In this document: in pieces, positions 57,540 through 64,000 of the stretch
How positions within the stretch are numbered: position 1 is the stretch's first letter
Layout of the letters: every line of letters begins with the position of its first letter
Assembly: GCF_009914755.1 (NCBI RefSeq)
Contig: NC_060936.1
Source: the human T2T-CHM13v2.0 reference genome, Homo sapiens
Strand: one strand, 5' to 3'
DNA length: 64,000 nt
The notes under the pieces: model-generated
Told to the model about the DNA's origin: nothing
What the model saw: only the letters and a program-made list of their open reading frames with translations
The model's database searches: none
Position numbers and translations under genes: made by a program

Positions 57540-57845
57540 ATATACACACACATACATATACTTTAAGTTCTGGGATCCATGTGCAGAACATACAGGTTTG
57601 TTACATAGGTATACACGTGCCATGGTGGTTTGCTGCACCCATCAACCTGTCATCTACATTAAGTATTTCTCCTAATGCTATTCCCTCCCCTAGCCCCCCA
57701 CCCCACGACAGGCCCCAGTGTGTGATGTTTCCCTCCCTGTGTCCATGTGTTCTTATTGTTCAGCTCCCAATTATGAGTGAGAACATGTGGTGTTTGGTTT
57801 TCTGTTCCTGTGTTAGTTTGCTGAGAATGATGGTTTCCAGCTTCT
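57540..57845 (-). mobile_element. L1PA (PA7-like) 3' end
   Basis: tactttaagttctgggat...gccatggtggtttgctgcacccatcaacc...gatggtttccagcttc; the tail has decayed to a TA/CA repeat. Confidence 0.9.
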
Positions 57846-59422
57846 TTAAAGAAATAGTAGCAGAAAACATTTCAAATCTGGAGAAAGATATCCAGATACA
57901 GAAAGGTCAACAGTCTTCAATCAGATTCAATCCAAATAAGACTATATCATGACATATTATAATCAAACTGTCAAAAATCAAAGACAAAAACAATCCTAAA
58001 ACTAGTAAAAGAACCAAATCACATATAAAGGAGTTCCAATAAAGCTAACAGAAGTTTTCTCAACAGAAGTCTTACAGACGAGGAGAGAGCTGGGTGATAT
58101 TAAAATTGTAGAAGTAATAAAAAAAAAACTGCTAACAAGGAATATTGAACCCAGCAAACATTCCCTTCAACAATGAAGGAGAGATAAAGACTTTACCAGA
58201 CAAACAAAAGCTAAGGGAGTCCATCATCACCAGACCTGTCTTACAAGAAATGCTAAAGGGAGTTCTTCAAGCTCAAAGAAAAGGATGCTAATTAGTAACA
58301 TGAAAACATCTGAAATATAAAACTCATTGGTAAAATGAAGTACAAAGTCAAATTCAGAATACTCAAATACTATAATGGTAGTGTGTAAATCACTTATATC
58401 TTCAGTATGAAGGTTAAAAGTCAAAACTATTTAAAAATAATAAAAGCTATAATAATTTATGAAGGAATACATGATATAAAAAGATGCAAATGGTGCATTA
58501 AAAAATAAAATAAAATGTAGGCAGGGAGTTGGCTGTAAATGTGTAGAGCTTTTCTTATGAGATCAAAGTTAAGTTGTTATCAGGTTAAAATAGCCTGTTT
58601 TAACTACAAAATGTTTTACATAAGCCTTGTGGTAACTACAAAGAAAAAAATCTACAATAGATACATAAAAGATAAAAGGAAAGGAATCAAAGCATACCAC
58701 CAGAGGAAATCACCTAAGCACAAAGGAAGACAACAAGAGAGGAAGAAAGGAATAAATATGTCCAAAACTACCATAAAACAATTAACATAATACCTGTAGT
58801 AAGTTCTTACCTATCAATAGTTACCCTGAAAGCAAATGGATTAAATCTTGCTATCAAAAGACATAAAGTGGTTGAATGTATTTAAAAAATAAAAAGCAAG
58901 ACCCAGATACATGCCACCTATAAGAGACTCACTTCACTTTTAACAACACATGAAGACAGAAAGTGAAGGAATAAAAAAAAATTCCATGGAAATGGAAAAC
59001 AAAATAGAACAGGATAGCTATACTTACATCAAATAAAGTAGACTTTAAGTCAAAAACTGTAAAATCAGACAAAGTACATTATATAAAGAGATAAATTTAT
59101 CAAGAAGATATAACAATTGTAAATATAAATGCACTTTACATCAGTGCACCTAAATATATAAAGCAAATATTAATATATCTAAAAGAAGAGATAGACTGCA
59201 ATACAATACAATAGCACTAGGGAACTTTAATACCCTACTTTCAGCAATGAACAGATCATCCAGACGGAAAATCAATAAGGAAACATTTAATTTAAACTAC
59301 ACTTTACATCAAATGGACCTAACAGACATATAAAGAACATTTCATCCAACAGCAGCAGCATACTCATTCTTCTCAAGTGCACATGGAACACACTCCAGGA
59401 TACATCACCTGTTAGACCATTA

Positions 59423-60434
<1,012 letters not shown>

Positions 60435-60501
60435 AAAAAAGTTTTAACAAATTTAAAAATAATGAAATCATATCAAGTACCTTTTCTAACCACAATGGTA
60501 T

Positions 60502-60877
60502 TGCTATGGTTTAAGTGTATACGTCTTTCCGAGATTCAAATGTTGGAACCTAATGCATAATGTGATATTATCAAGAGGTGGGGCCTTTTGGAAAGTCATG
60601 AGTGATCCACTTTCATGAATAAGATTAATGGTCTCATGAAAGAGACTGAAGGAAGCACCCTAGAGTCTCTTGCCCTTCTGCCATGTGAGGATACAGCATT
60701 CATCACTTCCACTATGTGAAGACACAAAGAAGGTGTAATCTATGAGGAATGGCCCTCACCAGACACCAAATCTGCTGGCACCTTGATCTTGGACTTCTTA
60801 GCCTCCACAATTGTGAGAAATAAAAAAATTACCCAATCTAAGATATTTTGTTGTAGTAGCCAGACAAGATTAAAGTA
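60502..60877 (+). mobile_element. MST (MSTC/D-like) solo LTR
   Basis: tgctatggttt...gccctcaccagacaccaaatctgctggcaccttgatcttggacttc; approximate 5-bp TSD GGTAT/GATAT. Confidence 0.85.
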
Positions 60878-62440
60878 GATATGAAACTAGAAATCAGTAA
60901 CAGGAGAATTCCACAAAATTTGCAAATACATAAAAATTAACATGCTCATGAACAACTAATTGGTCAAAAAAGAAATTAAAAGGGAAATTAGAAGGAAAGG
61001 GGAAATTAGGGAAATTAGAAGACATCTTGAAACACATGAGAATGGACACAACATACCAAAACATAAAGGATGCAGCAAAAGCAGTTTTCAGAGGTAAGTT
61101 TATAGCAACAAATGCCTACATTTAAAAAGAAGAAAATCTCAAACAAATAACCTAAAGTTACAAATAAATGAACTACAAAAAGAAAAACAAAATAAGACCA
61201 AAGTAAGACCAAAGGAATGAAATAATAAAGATCAGAGCAGAAATAAATGAGAGAGACTAAAATTAATAGAAAAAATAAATGAAACAGAGAGTTGTTTTCT
61301 AATGAAGATAAACAAAATTGACATGCCTTTAGCTAAGAAATTTAAGAAAAAAGAGAGAAGACTCAAATAAATAAAATCAGAAATGAAAGAAGAGACATTA
61401 TTACTGATACCACAGAAATACAAAACATCATGAGACTACTATAAACAATTATATGCCAACAAATTAGATAAACTTAGAAGTTTAAGTGTATATGTCTAGG
61501 AATGTATTCATTCCTAGACACATACAACTTACCAAGACAAAATCATGAAAAAATGAAAAATCTGAACAGACAAATAACTTGTAAGCAAATTGAATCAATA
61601 ATAAAAAGTCCTTCATCAAAGAAAAGTCCAAGGCCTGATGGCTTCACTGCTAAACTCTATTTAAATAACCAATACCAATCCTTCTCAAACTCTTCCAAAA
61701 AAATGAAGAAGAGGGAATAAATTCCAAATTTATCTTATAAGGCCAGCATTACTATGACACCAAAGCCAAATAAGGATACTACAAGAAAATTACAGGCCAA
61801 TATTGCTGACGAACAGAGATGAAATAATCCTCAACGAAATACTAGCAAACCAAACTCAACAGCACATTAAAAGTATCATTCACCATGATCAAGTAGGATT
61901 TATCCCAAGGAGGCAAGAATGGCTCAACATACACAAATCTATAAATGTGATACATCAAATTAACAGAATAAAGGACAAAATCCACATGATCATTTCAACA
62001 TATGCAGGAAAACATTTGACAAAATTCAACATCATTTCATGATAAAAACTCTCAATAAATGTATAGAAGAAATGTATCTCAACACAATAAAGTTCAGATA
62101 TAACAAATCTACAGCTAACATTATACTCAACAGTAAAAAGTTGAAAGTTTTTCCTCTAAAATCAGGAAAAAGACAAGGATGCCCAATCTTGCCACTTCTA
62201 TTCAACATAGTACTGTAAGTCCTAGACTTGCAATTAGGCAAGAGAAAGAAATAAAAGGCATCAAAATTGGGAAGGAAGAGGTTAACTTATCCCTGCTTGC
62301 ATTTGACATCATCTTATATCTAGAAAATCCTGAAGATGCCACCAAAAAATTGTCAGAACTAATAAATGATTTCAGTAGAGTTTCAGGATACCAAATCAAT
62401 ATACAAACAAAAAGTAGTGTCTCTACGTTAACAATAAACT

Positions 62441-62744
62441 GGTGAGGTGCAGTGGCTCACACCTGTAATCCCAGCACTTTGTGAGCCCGAGGCGGTCCAA
62501 TCACTTGAGGTGAGGAGTTCAAGACTGGCCTGGCCAACATGGTGAAACCCTGTCTCTACTAAAAATACAAAAATTAGCCGGGTGTAGTGACGGGTGCCTG
62601 TAATCTCAGCTACTTGGGAGGCTGATGCAGGAGAATAATTTGAACCTAGGAGGCAGAGGTTGCAGTGAGCCTAGATCTCACCACTGCTCTCCAGCCTAGG
62701 TGAAACAGTGAGGCTCCATCTCAAAAAAAAAAAAAAAAAAAAAA
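62441..62744 (+). mobile_element. AluS
   Basis: Full Alu with poly(A), inside the L1 ORF2 remnant. Confidence 0.93.
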
Positions 62745-63654
62745 ATGAACTACCTGAAAAAGAAATCATGAAAACAATCTCATTTACAATGGCTATGAAA
62801 AAGATAAAATACTTACATATAAATTTAATCAAGAAGGTGAAAGAGCTGTATACTGAAACTATAAAACACTGATGAAAGAAATGAAGAAGACACAAATAAA
62901 TGAAAAGATATGCTTTGGTCATGGATTCAAAGAATTAATATTGTTAAAATTTCCACACTATCCAAAATGATCTACAGATTTACTGCGACCCTTATTAAAA
63001 TTCCAATGACATTTTTCTGTATTCATTCATCCATTGGTGACCATTAATTAGGTTGATCTCACATCTTGACAATTATGAATAATGCTGCAAAGAACATACG
63101 AATGCAAATGAACACATAAAGAAAATGTGGTATATGTACACAATGGAATACTATTCCACCTCAAAGAAGAAAATCCTGTTATTTGAGACAACGTGGATCA
63201 ACCTGGAAGACATTATGTAAAGTGAAATAAGCCCTTCACAGAAAGACAAATACCACATGATCTCACTTATATGTGGGACCTTAAAAAGTTGAACTTATAG
63301 GAGCAGAAAGTAGAATGCTGGTTACTAGGGCCTGGGGATGGGGGATAGTTGTTGGGGAGATGTTGGTCAAAGGACCAAAATTCAATTAGATGGCACAATA
63401 TGTTCAAGAGATCTATGGTACAACATAATGACTATAGTAATAATACATTGTACTCTTCAAAATTTCAAATAGATTTTAAGTGTTCTCACCAAAAAAAATT
63501 ATAAGTACATGAGGTAATGAATATGTTAATTAGCTCAATTTAGCCATTCCACAATGTATATTTCAAAATATTGTGTTGTACACAATAAATGTATACAATT
63601 TTGTCAATTTAAAAATAATTAAATTTTAAGTAACAAAACATAAAACAAAAACAA

Positions 63655-64000
63655 AAGTCTCAAATCTCATCATCCAAATCATCTAAAACAGGTATGAGAA
63701 AGGCGCTGCATATAATCCATTCTGAGGCACACCTTGAAACATAGTATCTGCTCTCAAAAACACAATGGTAAGGCAGATAAAGATGATAGTTCTAAATATT
63801 CTCATTCAAAAAGGGAGAAAATGGAAGAAAGAAAAAAAAACAATTGCCATATCCAAGCAACTTTAAAATCCAGCCAGGCAAACACCACTTGGTTTCAAGG
63901 TCTAGAAATAAGCTTCTGTAATTATTGGTTCCACCCTCTGGAGTCAGCTCCATGCTCTGGGCTCTGAGTTCTGCCCTTTGAATTAACCTTCTTTTTTCAT
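63655..64000 (-). mobile_element. MLT1 internal sequence, right part, resuming after the L1
   Basis: aaatctcatcatccaaatcatctaaaacaggtatga...ttctcattcaaaaagggagaaaatggaag. Confidence 0.65.

Overview
Human genomic DNA; the young AluYb8 and the L1HS-like LINE-1 point to human. The window lies inside NELL2 (chr12q12), which is transcribed on the minus strand. It holds one clear coding exon (10573-10723, 151 nt, DTPRSIK...HHLDHR, canonical coding exon 3), about 10.5 kb of the downstream intron and about 53 kb of the upstream intron. The rest is AT-rich and repeat-dense (Alu, L1, L2, L3, MIR, MaLR/ERVL LTRs, MER elements, microsatellites), and nearly all supplied ORFs are repeat-derived or chance. 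I found no new multi-gene system. The best leads are: (1) a tiny candidate alternative last exon (strong acceptor, EILAFN*, AATAAA) that would give a truncated 67-aa NELL2; (2) a young 1.1-kb 3'UTR-like retrocopy in NELL2 sense orientation with TSD, poly(A) signal and cryptic acceptors; (3) a (GGGA)10(GGAA)10 microsatellite that is a candidate EWS::FLI1 response element; (4) two human-lineage insertions, an AluYb8 and a twin-primed ACG/A L1; (5) several short insertions apparently copied from 1-1.5 kb away; (6) a deeply nested TE stack at 54.9-64 kb. Repeat subfamily calls come from recalled consensus sequences, not from a search, and boundaries of old repeats are approximate.
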